A DNA stretch of 64,000 nt from positions 72,227 to 136,226 of IMG/VR virus record IMGVR_UViG_3300010400_000001. The stretch is one strand, 5' to 3'. Below the pieces are notes generated by a model that made no database searches, was not told the origin of the DNA, and was given only the letters and a program-made list of their open reading frames with translations. The translations under genes and the position numbers were made by a program. Below, in pieces: positions 29,246 through 39,699 of this stretch. Position 1 is the stretch's first letter. Every line of letters starts with the position of its first letter. This DNA is from a virus.

Positions 29246-31663
29246 ATGACGTCGCCAGGGCGCTATCGGTCAAACCCGATGGGCGTGACGACGCTCTCTG
29301 CCGTCAACGGTCCCGGAGCGTACGCGGCGACTCGAGGGCTCTCTCGCGCTGAGCGAGTGAAGCGTGCTCGCCGCCTCATGAAACGGAGCAGAAGCATGAA
29401 GGGCAACAAGGTCCACCGAGCGGAGTTCGTTCGCCGCATGAACGCGAACAGCGGTCGCATGACGAGCTCAGCGGCGCGAAAGCGCGCTGGCAAGCGCCTC
29501 GCCGCATTTCAGGCGGCTCGCCGCCGAGGTCTCTCTGTCGAATCGGCAAAGAGATCCGCTGCTCGGAAGGTCCCGCTGAAAAAGCGTCGCCGGAGCTACC
29601 GCCGTAACGATCCGACGCAAGTCGCAACGCCGGCGTACCGCTCGGGGCACGAGCGGATCTACGGAAAGAAGGCGCAGCGACGCCGCGAGGCTGCCGCGAA
29701 GCGGAAAGCGCGCAAGGCCGCGATGGCCGAGCGCAAGCGCACTCGCCGGTCGGCCGCGAAGGCGCGCCGGTCCGCCGCGACGGCGAAACGGAAGGCACGC
29801 GCCGCCGCGCGCCGCGCCGCGATGACGCCGGAGAAACGAAGGGCGCTCGCCAAGCGCCGTCGCAAGGCAAGCTTCCCGCGCCAGTACAAGAAGGTGCGCG
29901 CCCGCCGAGGCAAGATGCGTCGAGTCAGGACCTACTACGGTCCGTACAAGCGCGCGCGCGCGAAAGACCCGCGAAGTGGCCGCACCCGGTACACGTACAT
30001 GTACCGAGCGAAGAAGGGCCGTCGCCGAAAGATCCCCCAATGGGCCGTTGCCGGTGCCGTCAGTGCTCGCGACTACAAGTCGTCGTCCGAGTACGGGCGT
30101 GCCCGGGAGCGGATTGCCCGTAGACGTAAAACAGCCGCCGCTCGCGTTGAGCGGAGCGGAGATGCGTTCGTTCCGAACGCGGGAGCAAAGAAAGTGGCAA
30201 GACGAAAGAAGCGAGGACACAAGAAGACCTCCCGCAAGGCGGGACGCCGCAGGATCCGCAGGGTGAAGCGCAGGTCGAGCTCACGCAGGCGAGCGAGCCG
30301 CGTGGGGCGCCGGAAGGCTCGTCGTCGTCCGCGTCGGAAGACGCGTACGAAGTCGCGTCGCAGGGCAAAGACGAGGCGCCGAACGGCCAAGCGCAGGCGC
30401 TCGAGCGCCAAGCGCCGTACGCGTCGGGCGCCGCGGCGGATCGGTCGTCGCAAGGTCCGTAGGCTTCGCCGAGGGATCTACCTCGTCGCAAACCGTCGCC
30501 GGCGTCGTCGTCGCAAGGTGATGGCGGAAAACCGGAGGACGAGGCGTCATCACCGCCGGAGGCCGCGCCGGTTGCGCGCAAACCGTCGTCGCCGTCACTA
30601 CGAGGAGAATCGTAGGCGAAGGCGTCACAGTCGGAAGCGCTACACTGCGAATCGTCGTCGGCGGAGCTACCGCAGAAACGGCTTCACTGCCGATCTCGGG
30701 ACCATCGCCAAGACTGGGCTCAGCGTGCTCTTCGGGTTCTTCCTGCACAAGGCGGCAACCGGAGCGCTCGTTGCGGCTCTGACTTCCACGGACGCGACGA
30801 GCGGCGCCATTACCTTCGCGGGTATGGCGACAGTCGGCGCCGACGGGAAGCCGACGATGCTCGCGATGTGGCAAAAGCCGGCAGCCGGCGCCATCACTGG
30901 TCTCATCGCCATCGCGGGCGTCAGCGCCGTGAAGCAGGTGAAGGAGTCCACGAGAATGTCGGTTTCGGCCGGCGTGGTCGTGTCTCTCTTTCAGAGCGCC
31001 GTTCACTCGGCACTCGCGATGCTCGACCAGCCGAAGGTGCTCTCGTATCTCGAGGGCTACCAGAACAGCGCCGCCTACTCGCTACGCGGCACTCGCGGTC
31101 GCCGGCGTCGGGCAGTGCACGGTCTCGGCGTCGCCCGAAACGCGACCTCGATCATGCCGCAGTACGCGCCCGTTGGAACCTTCCAACAGGCGGCCGCTGG
31201 CATGGGCGAGTACTTCGCGCAGAAGGGCGTCGGCGAGTACTTCGCGGGCGCTGGAGTCGAGGGCGTCGGTCACTACGAGAAGGCGGGTCCGCTCGCGCTT
31301 CTGCCGACGACGAGTCACATGGGACAGCTTCCGATCGATGACGGCATCCGTCCCGATTCGAATCTCGACCACGTGATGGATCTCGCGGAGTCCGCAGCTG
31401 GCCTCGGTGGCGGCGGCGGATATCGTCAGGCGGCAGCAGGCATGGGCCAGTTCCGTCAGGCAGCCGCGGGTCTCGGCGAGTACTTCTCGGCCGCGCCGCA
31501 GGACGGTGGGTTCAAGGAGTTCTCGGTGCCGACGCAGAGTCAGTGGATCCCGTCCGGGCCTCTCTGGGCCGGGACGACTCCCGCTGAAGCCGCGTACACG
31601 GAGAGCGAGCTCCCCGCGGGGATCCTCCAGGGTCCCGGCGGAAACGGAGTGCTCTCGGGCTGA
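29246..31663 (+). CDS. Very Arg/Lys-rich protamine-like (core) protein fused to a hydrophobic region and Gly-motif repeats
   Basis: About 480 aa dominated by R/K with repeated xxNRRRR units, then hydrophobic helices and repeated G[MVL]GEYF; alternative start at 29156. Confidence 0.65.
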   Translation: MTSPGRYRSNPMGVTTLSAVNGPGAYAATRGLSRAERVKRARRLMKRSRSMKGNKVHRAEFVRRMNANSGRMTSSAARKRAGKRLAAFQAARRRGLSVESAKRSAARKVPLKKRRRSYRRNDPTQVATPAYRSGHERIYGKKAQRRREAAAKRKARKAAMAERKRTRRSAAKARRSAATAKRKARAAARRAAMTPEKRRALAKRRRKASFPRQYKKVRARRGKMRRVRTYYGPYKRARAKDPRSGRTRYTYMYRAKKGRRRKIPQWAVAGAVSARDYKSSSEYGRARERIARRRKTAAARVERSGDAFVPNAGAKKVARRKKRGHKKTSRKAGRRRIRRVKRRSSSRRRASRVGRRKARRRPRRKTRTKSRRRAKTRRRTAKRRRSSAKRRTRRAPRRIGRRKVRRLRRGIYLVANRRRRRRRKVMAENRRTRRHHRRRPRRLRANRRRRHYEENRRRRRHSRKRYTANRRRRSYRRNGFTADLGTIAKTGLSVLFGFFLHKAATGALVAALTSTDATSGAITFAGMATVGADGKPTMLAMWQKPAAGAITGLIAIAGVSAVKQVKESTRMSVSAGVVVSLFQSAVHSALAMLDQPKVLSYLEGYQNSAAYSLRGTRGRRRRAVHGLGVARNATSIMPQYAPVGTFQQAAAGMGEYFAQKGVGEYFAGAGVEGVGHYEKAGPLALLPTTSHMGQLPIDDGIRPDSNLDHVMDLAESAAGLGGGGGYRQAAAGMGQFRQAAAGLGEYFSAAPQDGGFKEFSVPTQSQWIPSGPLWAGTTPAEAAYTESELPAGILQGPGGNGVLSG

Positions 31664-31838
31664 AACGGCGCGCCACGCGCGCGCCATGAGCCGCCGCCCC
31701 GGTAGGACGCGAAAGCGAGCCCCGGGGCTGCGGTGTCAGAACCGATCGAGAGGCCGCTCATCTCGAGCTGGGACGACACCCAAACCAAAAAACGGAACCT
31801 CTCGGTCACTAACCCGTTTCCAAAGGAAACCAACCAGC

Positions 31839-32642
31839 ATGGCAAAGCTCACAAATGTGAGAGAGCGTGTTCACCAACCGTTCTTCGACACGCTCGTCCG
31901 CACTTCCGGTCTCGGAGGCACCATTCAGGCCGTCAACCAGCGCACGTCGCTCTTCACGAACGCCGCGCGCCAGGACGACATCAACGCCCTGACGAACCTC
32001 CAGAACGGGTCGACGCTTCCGTCCGACCAGAGCCACGTGACGCTCGCGCTCCGCGTCTTCACTTGGTTCCGCAATCCGCAGATCCGCGCGAGCGGTTTTG
32101 CGAACGGCGCCATCAAGAACAACGGCGACTTCTCCCAAGCGGGAGCAGCGGCGTTCTTCTCGCAAGGTGGCGTGGATCCGAACGGCGCGATCGCCGGCCC
32201 CGGTCAGTTCAACTACCCGGGTTCGATCGAGGACGTCTACCGCCTCTACTGGCAGGCGGAAGAGCAACTTCACTGGAGCTATGGCACCGGTGAGAAGTTC
32301 TCGATCACGAACATGCCGACGAAGTACTTCCCGGACGGCGGCGGCCTCTGGGGCGACCTCGGCGGTTCCTCGGATCTCATCCACTTTAACAACGGAACGC
32401 CCGACCACACGGCGATCCTCCGGCTCGCACGCGCGATCCTTCTCCCGCCCCGGCAGAACGTCCGGTGTGTGGCGGAGATTTCGCCGCTGCCCGACGGCGG
32501 AAACGCGCAGCTTGCAGGGACGACTGTCCAGGGCAACGGCCGCAACATGCTGTCGCTCCAGTCGAACCTCAACACGGCCGACGGGATCAACAAGGTGATT
32601 CAGTTCACCTTCGACGGTCTCTTCGCCCGCGACGTTCAGTAG
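31839..32642 (+). CDS. Candidate major capsid protein (single jelly-roll-like)
   Basis: 267 aa, no TM, beta-strand/Gly/Asn-rich, with an AAGGA RBS after a long leader; follows the core-like protein. The fold is inferred only. Confidence 0.5.
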   Translation: MAKLTNVRERVHQPFFDTLVRTSGLGGTIQAVNQRTSLFTNAARQDDINALTNLQNGSTLPSDQSHVTLALRVFTWFRNPQIRASGFANGAIKNNGDFSQAGAAAFFSQGGVDPNGAIAGPGQFNYPGSIEDVYRLYWQAEEQLHWSYGTGEKFSITNMPTKYFPDGGGLWGDLGGSSDLIHFNNGTPDHTAILRLARAILLPPRQNVRCVAEISPLPDGGNAQLAGTTVQGNGRNMLSLQSNLNTADGINKVIQFTFDGLFARDVQ

Positions 32643-32736
32643 TCCGCGCTCTCCCTCGAACTAGTCCCCCCAAAGGGGCTTGGCACGGACGGCGCGGCTC
32701 ACCCCGCGCCGTCCGGTACTCCTAACGGAGGCACAA

Positions 32737-33723
32737 TTGGCTGATCTGCAAACGATTCTGGCTCAGCTCCAGCAGACCGCTGGAATGGCTGTCGGCAATG
32801 CGCGCGACGCCTTGAGAGCGGCTCAAGGCACGCAGGCCGACCAGGCGCTCGTAAGACAAGAGCTCGCGCGGCAGTCGCGCGATCTTCAAAATCTCGCCAA
32901 CGCCTTGACCGGCGTCGAGGCATCGACGAAGGGCGCTGGCTACGGAAACGGCAACGTGAACGATCACGTTCGCTACATCGAGTCGATCCCGGGCCGCAGG
33001 ATCCCGTTCGACTTCATCGTCTCGATCCCCATCATCGCTAACTCCATTCAGGAGGCGCAAGGAACGAAGAGCGTGTCGCAAGACGGGCCCTTCGTCGCCG
33101 TCGCGAGGTTCGCGGCGTTCCAGTCGGCGTTCCAGTTCACCCGGCGTGACCCGGTCACGCAAGAGCTCGGCTCGTTTCAGGGTCGCTCCTTCGGCAGGTA
33201 TCGCCCGGTCTCTTCCGCCTGGGATCTTGCCGATGCGTCTGCGGGAGTCTTTCAGCCGACGACTGGGATTGCGTCACCCGGCACGGGCGCTCCGATCGTG
33301 GCGAGTCCGTCCAACATGTCGAGCTTTCGCACGATGGAGTTCGACGGGACGATCGATTTCCTGAATCAGGGCTCGGGCTTCTTCCGGAATAACGACCCTG
33401 TGCCGAGCGCCTTCTATTCGGAGTCGATCAACGCGCCGTTTCAGCTCGGAGCCTTGGACTTTTTCGAGCGTGGCGAGACGCTTCAGTGGAAGGTACGGCC
33501 GACGCACGTGAATAACCCTCCAGCGGGTAACCTCTCGGGGTATGCTGCGGGTGGGCTCTTCCCATTCCTGTCGAGCCAATACGACGTGCAAGAAGGCGTG
33601 AACGACCAGCTCGATCCCGATGCGACGACGGATCCGATTCAGAGGCTCCCTGACGGGATCCTCATCCTCGGCTTCCACGGCTTCAGGATCGTCCAGCCAC
33701 CGGGCCCAGTCCGGATGACGTAA
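32737..33723 (+). CDS. Candidate second capsid protein with N-terminal helical extension
   Basis: GGAGG RBS before TTG; beta-rich body ending ILGFHGFRI. Confidence 0.45.
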   Translation: MADLQTILAQLQQTAGMAVGNARDALRAAQGTQADQALVRQELARQSRDLQNLANALTGVEASTKGAGYGNGNVNDHVRYIESIPGRRIPFDFIVSIPIIANSIQEAQGTKSVSQDGPFVAVARFAAFQSAFQFTRRDPVTQELGSFQGRSFGRYRPVSSAWDLADASAGVFQPTTGIASPGTGAPIVASPSNMSSFRTMEFDGTIDFLNQGSGFFRNNDPVPSAFYSESINAPFQLGALDFFERGETLQWKVRPTHVNNPPAGNLSGYAAGGLFPFLSSQYDVQEGVNDQLDPDATTDPIQRLPDGILILGFHGFRIVQPPGPVRMT

Positions 33724-33733
33724 GGGGGCCACC

Positions 33734-34639
33734 ATGGCTGGCTCCCCTTACATGACTCCAGACGAATTCTCCCGCATCGGCGTTCGTCTGCCGCCGGTCG
33801 CGGCGCCGCGGAGCGCAGGCGTCCTCATGCCGCGGCCTGGGGACCGCCTGCCGCCGCCGCCCTACCCGGGAGAAGCGACGATCGAAGGCTGCGGCGCTCA
33901 GCGCGTGCAGCTCGCGGGAGGCGCTCTCAATACGCTCCTCGTGCATCCGGAGATTACGCCGTTCGAGCGGCTCTTCCGACGCCTCCCCGAAGAGGGAATG
34001 TTCCTCGATACGGTAAACCCCGAAAACCCGTTCACGTTCGAGCTCGGCGCGTTTCGGGCGCCTGACACGTTCACGCTGATGCTCTTCGATCTCCGTCCCG
34101 ACATCTACCGCTTCAGTGGTGTCGATCCGGGAGACACGGTGCCGGTCGAAGCGCGTCGCTTCTCGTCGGTCTTGGGCTTTCAGATCAGCGTGGACCAGCG
34201 TCAGCCCGGTAACCTCGTCTACCAGCTCGATCCGGTGCCGATTCAGAGCTTCCCCGAAGCGTTCACGAATCCGATCGGAGGAAACGAGTTCCCGCAAGCG
34301 CTCGCGAATGCAATCGGTGCGGGCAACAATTCGCGCTTCAACATCGCGCAGGCGACGAGCTTCGCGAGCGCATCGGGCGCGGGGAGCTCGCTTCTTCCTC
34401 AGAGGCCGACTCGTCCGGGCGCGCTCAGCATTCCGTACACGCTCTACATCAGGCCGGGGCAAACCTTTCAGGTGCGCTGCGTGGTGTTCAATCCCGTGCC
34501 GAGCCCGATCGCGTTCATCGAGTACGACATTGCGGGTACGATGATTCCCGATCAGTGGCTGACGACGATGACGGAGTGTTTGAAGCCGCTCTCGCATGCG
34601 AGCGGGGGGCCGGGTTCGCTCGGCGGAGGCCCCAGGTGA
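33734..34639 (+). CDS. Candidate third capsid/vertex protein
   Basis: Beta-rich with no TM; IPYTLYIRPGQTFQVRC resembles segments of the two preceding proteins. Confidence 0.4.
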   Translation: MAGSPYMTPDEFSRIGVRLPPVAAPRSAGVLMPRPGDRLPPPPYPGEATIEGCGAQRVQLAGGALNTLLVHPEITPFERLFRRLPEEGMFLDTVNPENPFTFELGAFRAPDTFTLMLFDLRPDIYRFSGVDPGDTVPVEARRFSSVLGFQISVDQRQPGNLVYQLDPVPIQSFPEAFTNPIGGNEFPQALANAIGAGNNSRFNIAQATSFASASGAGSSLLPQRPTRPGALSIPYTLYIRPGQTFQVRCVVFNPVPSPIAFIEYDIAGTMIPDQWLTTMTECLKPLSHASGGPGSLGGGPR

Positions 34640-34790
34640 TCGATTTCAGCTCTAGAGACCAGCCGAACGCTTGTCGCTCTTCTGCGGGTTATGATGATCG
34701 CACCCCCACCGGACAACGGGGAATGCCAAGTCATGCTCGGGAAACGGCGTTCGGTTGGTCTTTAGGGCTGACATCAGCGGGGAGCGCGTC

Positions 34791-37060
34791 ATGGTGATGC
34801 GGTCCTACACGGAAAACTGGGGCCGCGGCTCGGCGTGGGACGAGCATCCGATGATCGTTGCTCCGCCCGGGACGCATCTCGGGCAGATGGACGCGCAGAG
34901 TCTCTTTTCGGAAATCACGACGGCGCTCTCCTTGAAGCCCATCGGCGTCTACACGCCTTGGGCGACTCGCGAGGGCGACGTCTCGTGGACGGAGATCCAC
35001 AATCCCGACACGAACATCATGCTCTGGGGTCTCACGGACGCGGCGGTGAACGCCGTCCCCGAGGTGACATTCGGTTCGCCCCTTCCCTTCGTTGCGATTC
35101 TCACCAAGGCGCCGCTCTCGGTCGAACGCGTACGCGGGCTCTGGAACGGAACGGCGTACGCGCCGTACGAGACGCAGGCAGTCTACCGTCAGGACGACGC
35201 GAAGTCGGTGCCGACGCTCTACTTCCTTCATTGGGGAGAGCGCATCGACATGTCGAAGCTCCCCGGGCAGGTGCTGCTTCTCGAGCCCACGGCGTCGAAG
35301 GTGGACGGAGCACTCGTCTTCGCGGCTCAGATCCCGTCGCAGGGATCGACGACGAGAGAGCCCCCGTCTCTCTCCTTCGATCAGGCGTTTCAGTCGACGG
35401 TGCCGGTCGTGCCCGGGCCCGCGCCGGCTCCAGTGCCCGCGCCAATTCCGATCGTGCGAGCGCCCGAAGAGAAGATGAACATCGGCATTCCAGTGGCCGT
35501 TTTTCTCGGGAGCGCTGCTCTCGGCTTCGTCATCTGGAGGGCAAGGCAGTGACAAGGAGATCGGCATGTACGGCCTAGGACAAGAGGTCATTTTCGATCC
35601 GAGCTCGATACGGCCGAGGTCGCATCTCGTTCGGCTTCCGACTGCGACGCCGGCGCCGCCGAGGGTGCGGCTTCCTGACGCGACGCCGACAAAGCCCTTG
35701 CTGCCGATGATCGTGCCGGCAGAGGAAGAAGTGCCTCCGCCGGCGGAAGAGCGGAACATGATGCCCTACTACATTGCAGGAGGCGTCCTCGCGCTCGGCG
35801 CAGTCGTGCTCCTCATGAGGAGACGGTAGATGTCCTTCTCGGGCTCAGGGCTTGGCGGATTCCAAGGTCTCGGCGGCGTCATTCAGGCGACGAGGACGGG
35901 CGCGCAAGTGCTCGACAGGCCGTCCTGCGTGACGGCGGCTGAGCGCCAAGAGGCGAACGAGAACTGCCAGAACGTGTCTCTTCACGGGCTCGGCACGATG
36001 GTCGCGCGGGCGCCGATGACTGGGCGCTTCGCCGGTCGAAGCCCGTGCGAAGTGAAGGAGTTCCCTGATTGCCCGACGCCGACGTGCATCGACGAGCAGT
36101 CGTCGGCAATGATCGTCGGTTGCCTTTCGGGACAGGGGTATCCGGGTCTCGATTGCAACGATCCGACCGTCAGCATGTACCTCTACTTCATGACCATGCT
36201 GCCGTTCTGTAAGACGCCGCCGCTCCCGCCCGGCTGCGTGCCGAAGGAGATGGCGCCGATCGTTCAGTACTGCCAGAAGTACCCAGAGAAGAACGGGCCC
36301 GACAAGAAGCTCAACGCGCTCTGCTGGGGCGTGACGCACGACGCGGCGTACTGGTCGGCGCTCCAGAAGATGAAAGTCTGCGCGCCGCCGAAGCTCCCGT
36401 CGGCGACGCCGGCGCCGGTAAAGCCTCCCCCGCCGCCGACGATGACGAAGCCGCCGGCCTACAAGCCTCCGCCGGCTCCTCCACAGGAAGTGCCGCCACT
36501 TCCGCCCGTGCATGAGACGAGCGCGCCTCCCGACGTCGAGGAGCCGCCCGAGCATCGGGAATCGGCCATGATGGGCATGTGGGGCATTCTCGCTCTCCTC
36601 GCCGTAGGAGGAGGCGGCTACTACCTCTACCGCCGGTACAAATGAACCTGAACCTCGTCGCCATCGCGGGGGTGCCGCCGTCGCCTGATGGCGGGCTCAT
36701 TTCGTGCACCGGCGAAGGGATCGGCGTCGTCGAAAGTCCCTTTGCGGGGACGACTGCGGGTCAGAAGTTCCTGTTCTTTGGCAGCTTCACGACAGGGTTT
36801 CTCGTCGGCTTTTTCTTCGCCAGGAGAAACGTCCGGTGAAAGATCCACTCGGGAGCGCCGCGACAGCGGCGGAAATCCTCGGGCCGGCGATGGATGGCGT
36901 CGGCGGCCCGCTCGGCCTGGTCGGCCGCGTCGCGGGGCTCGGCGCGGACGAGCTCGACGCTGGGATCCCGGGATGGTCGTGGTTTTTGATCGGCATGGTC
37001 GCCGGGAGCGCGGCCATGTACTTTATGAAGGACCGCGTGGAGGCTTTCGTCGAGCGCTAA
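34791..37060 (+). CDS. Five tail-anchored virion proteins (34791-35552, 35566-35829, 35830-36645 Cys/Pro-rich, 36642-36839, 36836-37060)
   Basis: Abutting ORFs with Pro-rich linkers, C-terminal TM plus basic tail and G-[LI]-G motifs. Confidence 0.6.
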
Positions 37061-37093
37061 GCGGCGGTATTCTCGGGTAGGAAGAGGATTCAG

Positions 37094-38056
37094 ATGCAAA
37101 ACGGAATGGGCGCATACTTCGGCAGCACGAAAATCATCCAGGGCGCCGCCGGTCTCGGTGACGGGCCGCTTCAGGCATTCGCCGACGGAGTCGTCGGCGG
37201 GAGCGCCGAAAATCCCGACATGCCGGGTCCGCTCTTCGCCTACCACGACGGGAGCCTCGGCGACGCAGACGGGCAGCTCCTCGCATTCGCGGACGGAGTC
37301 GTCGGCGGCGCGCCGCCGGCCTACCAAATGCCGGGCGAGCTTCTCGCCTACAAGGACGGAAGCCTCGGCTGGTACGACCAGGCGGCGCAGGGGATCGGCG
37401 CGAACGACGAAGAAGTCGATCCGACGAGCTCGTGGCACGACGGGATCTTGGGGAGCCGCACGGTGAACATCCCCGGTGGGACGCTGATGGCGTACCACGA
37501 CGGAAGCCTCGGGGCGTACGCGCGCGCGATCGGAGCAGCAGAGCAAAACGTGCTCGACCTCGGCGACGCCAACGTCCTCAAGGAATTGAAGACGGCGATG
37601 GCGCTCATCGCTCCCGAGAACACGGCGACGATGGAAGCGCAGAAGGTTTACACGCCCGATTGGTACACGAGCGGCGTGTGGGATCCACAAGCGAGCCTCC
37701 TCTGGCAGTACATCGTGTCGAAGACTGCGGCGTTCAAGGGCAAGACCGTGTCGGCCGACATGGGCGCGAACTCGTACCCGAACGCCACCGGCATAGGCTT
37801 CATGGTGGCGGCGCTCTCGGCTCCCCAATCGGGCACGTACGGTCCCGAGTGGACCAAGAACAATCTCCCCGCGCTCTATGCGTGGTTCACGTCGGGCGGC
37901 GGCACGGTGCTGCCTCCCTACCTGTCGCTCGCGGATAAGACCAAAGGCGTTCGCGCGGCGACGAGTGAGATGAAGATGAGCACGGTCGCGATGTACGGCC
38001 TCGGCGCAGTCGCGCTTCTCGGCGTCGTACTCGTGATGCGAAAGAAGAGGAGATAG
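37094..38056 (+). CDS. Tail-anchored protein with three internal repeats
   Basis: Three copies of [AS][FW]xDG[VI][VL]G...PGxLxAYxDGSLG; C-terminal TM plus RKKRR. Confidence 0.65.
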   Translation: MQNGMGAYFGSTKIIQGAAGLGDGPLQAFADGVVGGSAENPDMPGPLFAYHDGSLGDADGQLLAFADGVVGGAPPAYQMPGELLAYKDGSLGWYDQAAQGIGANDEEVDPTSSWHDGILGSRTVNIPGGTLMAYHDGSLGAYARAIGAAEQNVLDLGDANVLKELKTAMALIAPENTATMEAQKVYTPDWYTSGVWDPQASLLWQYIVSKTAAFKGKTVSADMGANSYPNATGIGFMVAALSAPQSGTYGPEWTKNNLPALYAWFTSGGGTVLPPYLSLADKTKGVRAATSEMKMSTVAMYGLGAVALLGVVLVMRKKRR

Positions 38057-38058
38057 CC

Positions 38059-38542
38059 ATGTATACCGGAGTAGGAGCAGCCCCAGATTTGCGTCAGAGG
38101 TACCGTACCCGTCGCCGCCGCCTCGTCCGCCTTCCGTCGGCGACGCACGGCATGGGCGAGTACTTCGCGCCCGCAAGCGGCATCGGTGAGTACTTCGCAG
38201 CCAATGGCCTCGGCGTCGATGAAGCGCCGCTCGCCGAAAAGAGCTGCAACGCGATGGTGCTCGCAGTCGGGGCAGTGAGCCTCGGCGCGGGCATGATCCT
38301 CGCGATGGTCGCCTTCAAGTAGCGCTCCCTGCCAAATGGAGGATGCTCCGCACAAGTACTACCGCTGGGACGAAGGCACATCGAGATTCATAGAAACGAC
38401 TGCCGACGATCCGCAGCGCATCGTTTATCAAAGCGAGCTGCCCGGCCTCGTCGCGCACCAGGCAGCCCGCTCTCTCGGTTTGATGATCCTCCTCGTCGGC
38501 GGCACTCTTCTTGTGCGGCATTTGTGGTCGAGAAAAAAGTAG
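38059..38542 (+). CDS. Two small tail-anchored proteins (38059-38322, 38336-38542)
   Basis: C-terminal TM in both; the first carries GMGEYFA/GIGEYFA repeats. Confidence 0.6.
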
Positions 38543-38545
38543 CCC

Positions 38546-39145
38546 ATGGATCTCTTCGAGCGCCTCCGTCGTGACGCCAGGAAAATCCCCTGGGGCGCGG
38601 CGCTGTCGCTCATGACCGAAAGTCTCCATGAGCGGAAGGACGCTGCCGGCGCCGTCCTCGAGCAGCTTCGCGAGTGGGGGACGCATCTCACGAAGAACGC
38701 TCTTCTGAAGTGGACCGTGAGCATCGCGACGCCGCGAGCCTGCGAGTCCCCCGACGTCAGCAGCGGAAGACCGCGGCGGTGTCACAACCACGCGATCGTG
38801 ACGTGCGACGTGTGCGGCCGGCCCTGCTGCCTCGCGCACAGCCGAGTCGACTTCATGGGCGACGGGATCTGCGAGGTCTGCATCGGCGAGGCGAAGGCGC
38901 GGACCCGCGGCGAGGCGGCGAAGCCTTCGGGGATGACTGTCGCCGAGGCCTTCCGCGTTCTGAAGCTCAAGCAAACGGCAGACTTTGCCGAAGTGAAGAA
39001 GCGCTACCGAAAGCTCGTGTTCGATCACAGTGCGGATAGGCCACAGAGCTCGAAGAGGCGCGCCACGAACACGGAGAAGTTGAAAGAGATCAATCGCGCC
39101 TTCAAGGTGCTGCAGGATCACTTCCAGAAGGCGGAGGCGGCGTAG
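38546..39145 (+). CDS. Zn-finger plus DnaJ-like J-domain protein with altered HPD motif
   Basis: Cys/His cluster CHNH..CDVCGRPCCLAH..CEVC followed by AFRVLKL...EVKKRYRKLVFDHSADR...LKEINRAFKVL. Confidence 0.75.
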   Translation: MDLFERLRRDARKIPWGAALSLMTESLHERKDAAGAVLEQLREWGTHLTKNALLKWTVSIATPRACESPDVSSGRPRRCHNHAIVTCDVCGRPCCLAHSRVDFMGDGICEVCIGEAKARTRGEAAKPSGMTVAEAFRVLKLKQTADFAEVKKRYRKLVFDHSADRPQSSKRRATNTEKLKEINRAFKVLQDHFQKAEAA

Positions 39146-39699
39146 TGGCGCTCTACAACGTCAAAGTCCAGGTCGAGTACACCGCTCAGGTAGCGGTCGA
39201 CGACGTGGACTCGGCGGAGGAGGCCATGGCGCTTGCCGAGGCACGCGCGAAAGCGCTGATTCATGATGCGTTCGAGAACCCGGACATGGGGCTCGGAGCC
39301 GTCGGCAAGGCAGAGGCGCGCTCGGCCGTCTGCGTGAGTGGGTGGTGAGATGCCGGCCGCGAACAAGAAGAACCTCCTCGAGTTTCTGCGAATAAACGAA
39401 GTCGATGCGGCTGCGATCGCTGCGGCGATCAAGGCGGCGAGAGAGGACAGGGCAGAGCCCGAGGTCGCCGTCGACGACGCGCTCGAGGTAGCGAACAAGA
39501 TCCTGAAGGGACACGGCATCGAAGCGCTGCGGTCCGAGCAATACCTCGTCGATCACTACTACCGAGACATCGTCGCCCTCTACGTGAACATGGGCGACAC
39601 GTACGAGACGACGCTGCTCTACGAGACGGACAAGGATCGATTCCTCGTGACCTCATGGGGCGATTGGGTCGAGCGAAACGAACGAAAGTACGGGATCAC

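Noticed and set aside
37150-37515. Direct DNA repeats in 37094-38056 as a second array or DGR template/variable pair
   Set aside because: They are in-frame protein repeats; differences are not adenine-specific and no reverse transcriptase was seen.
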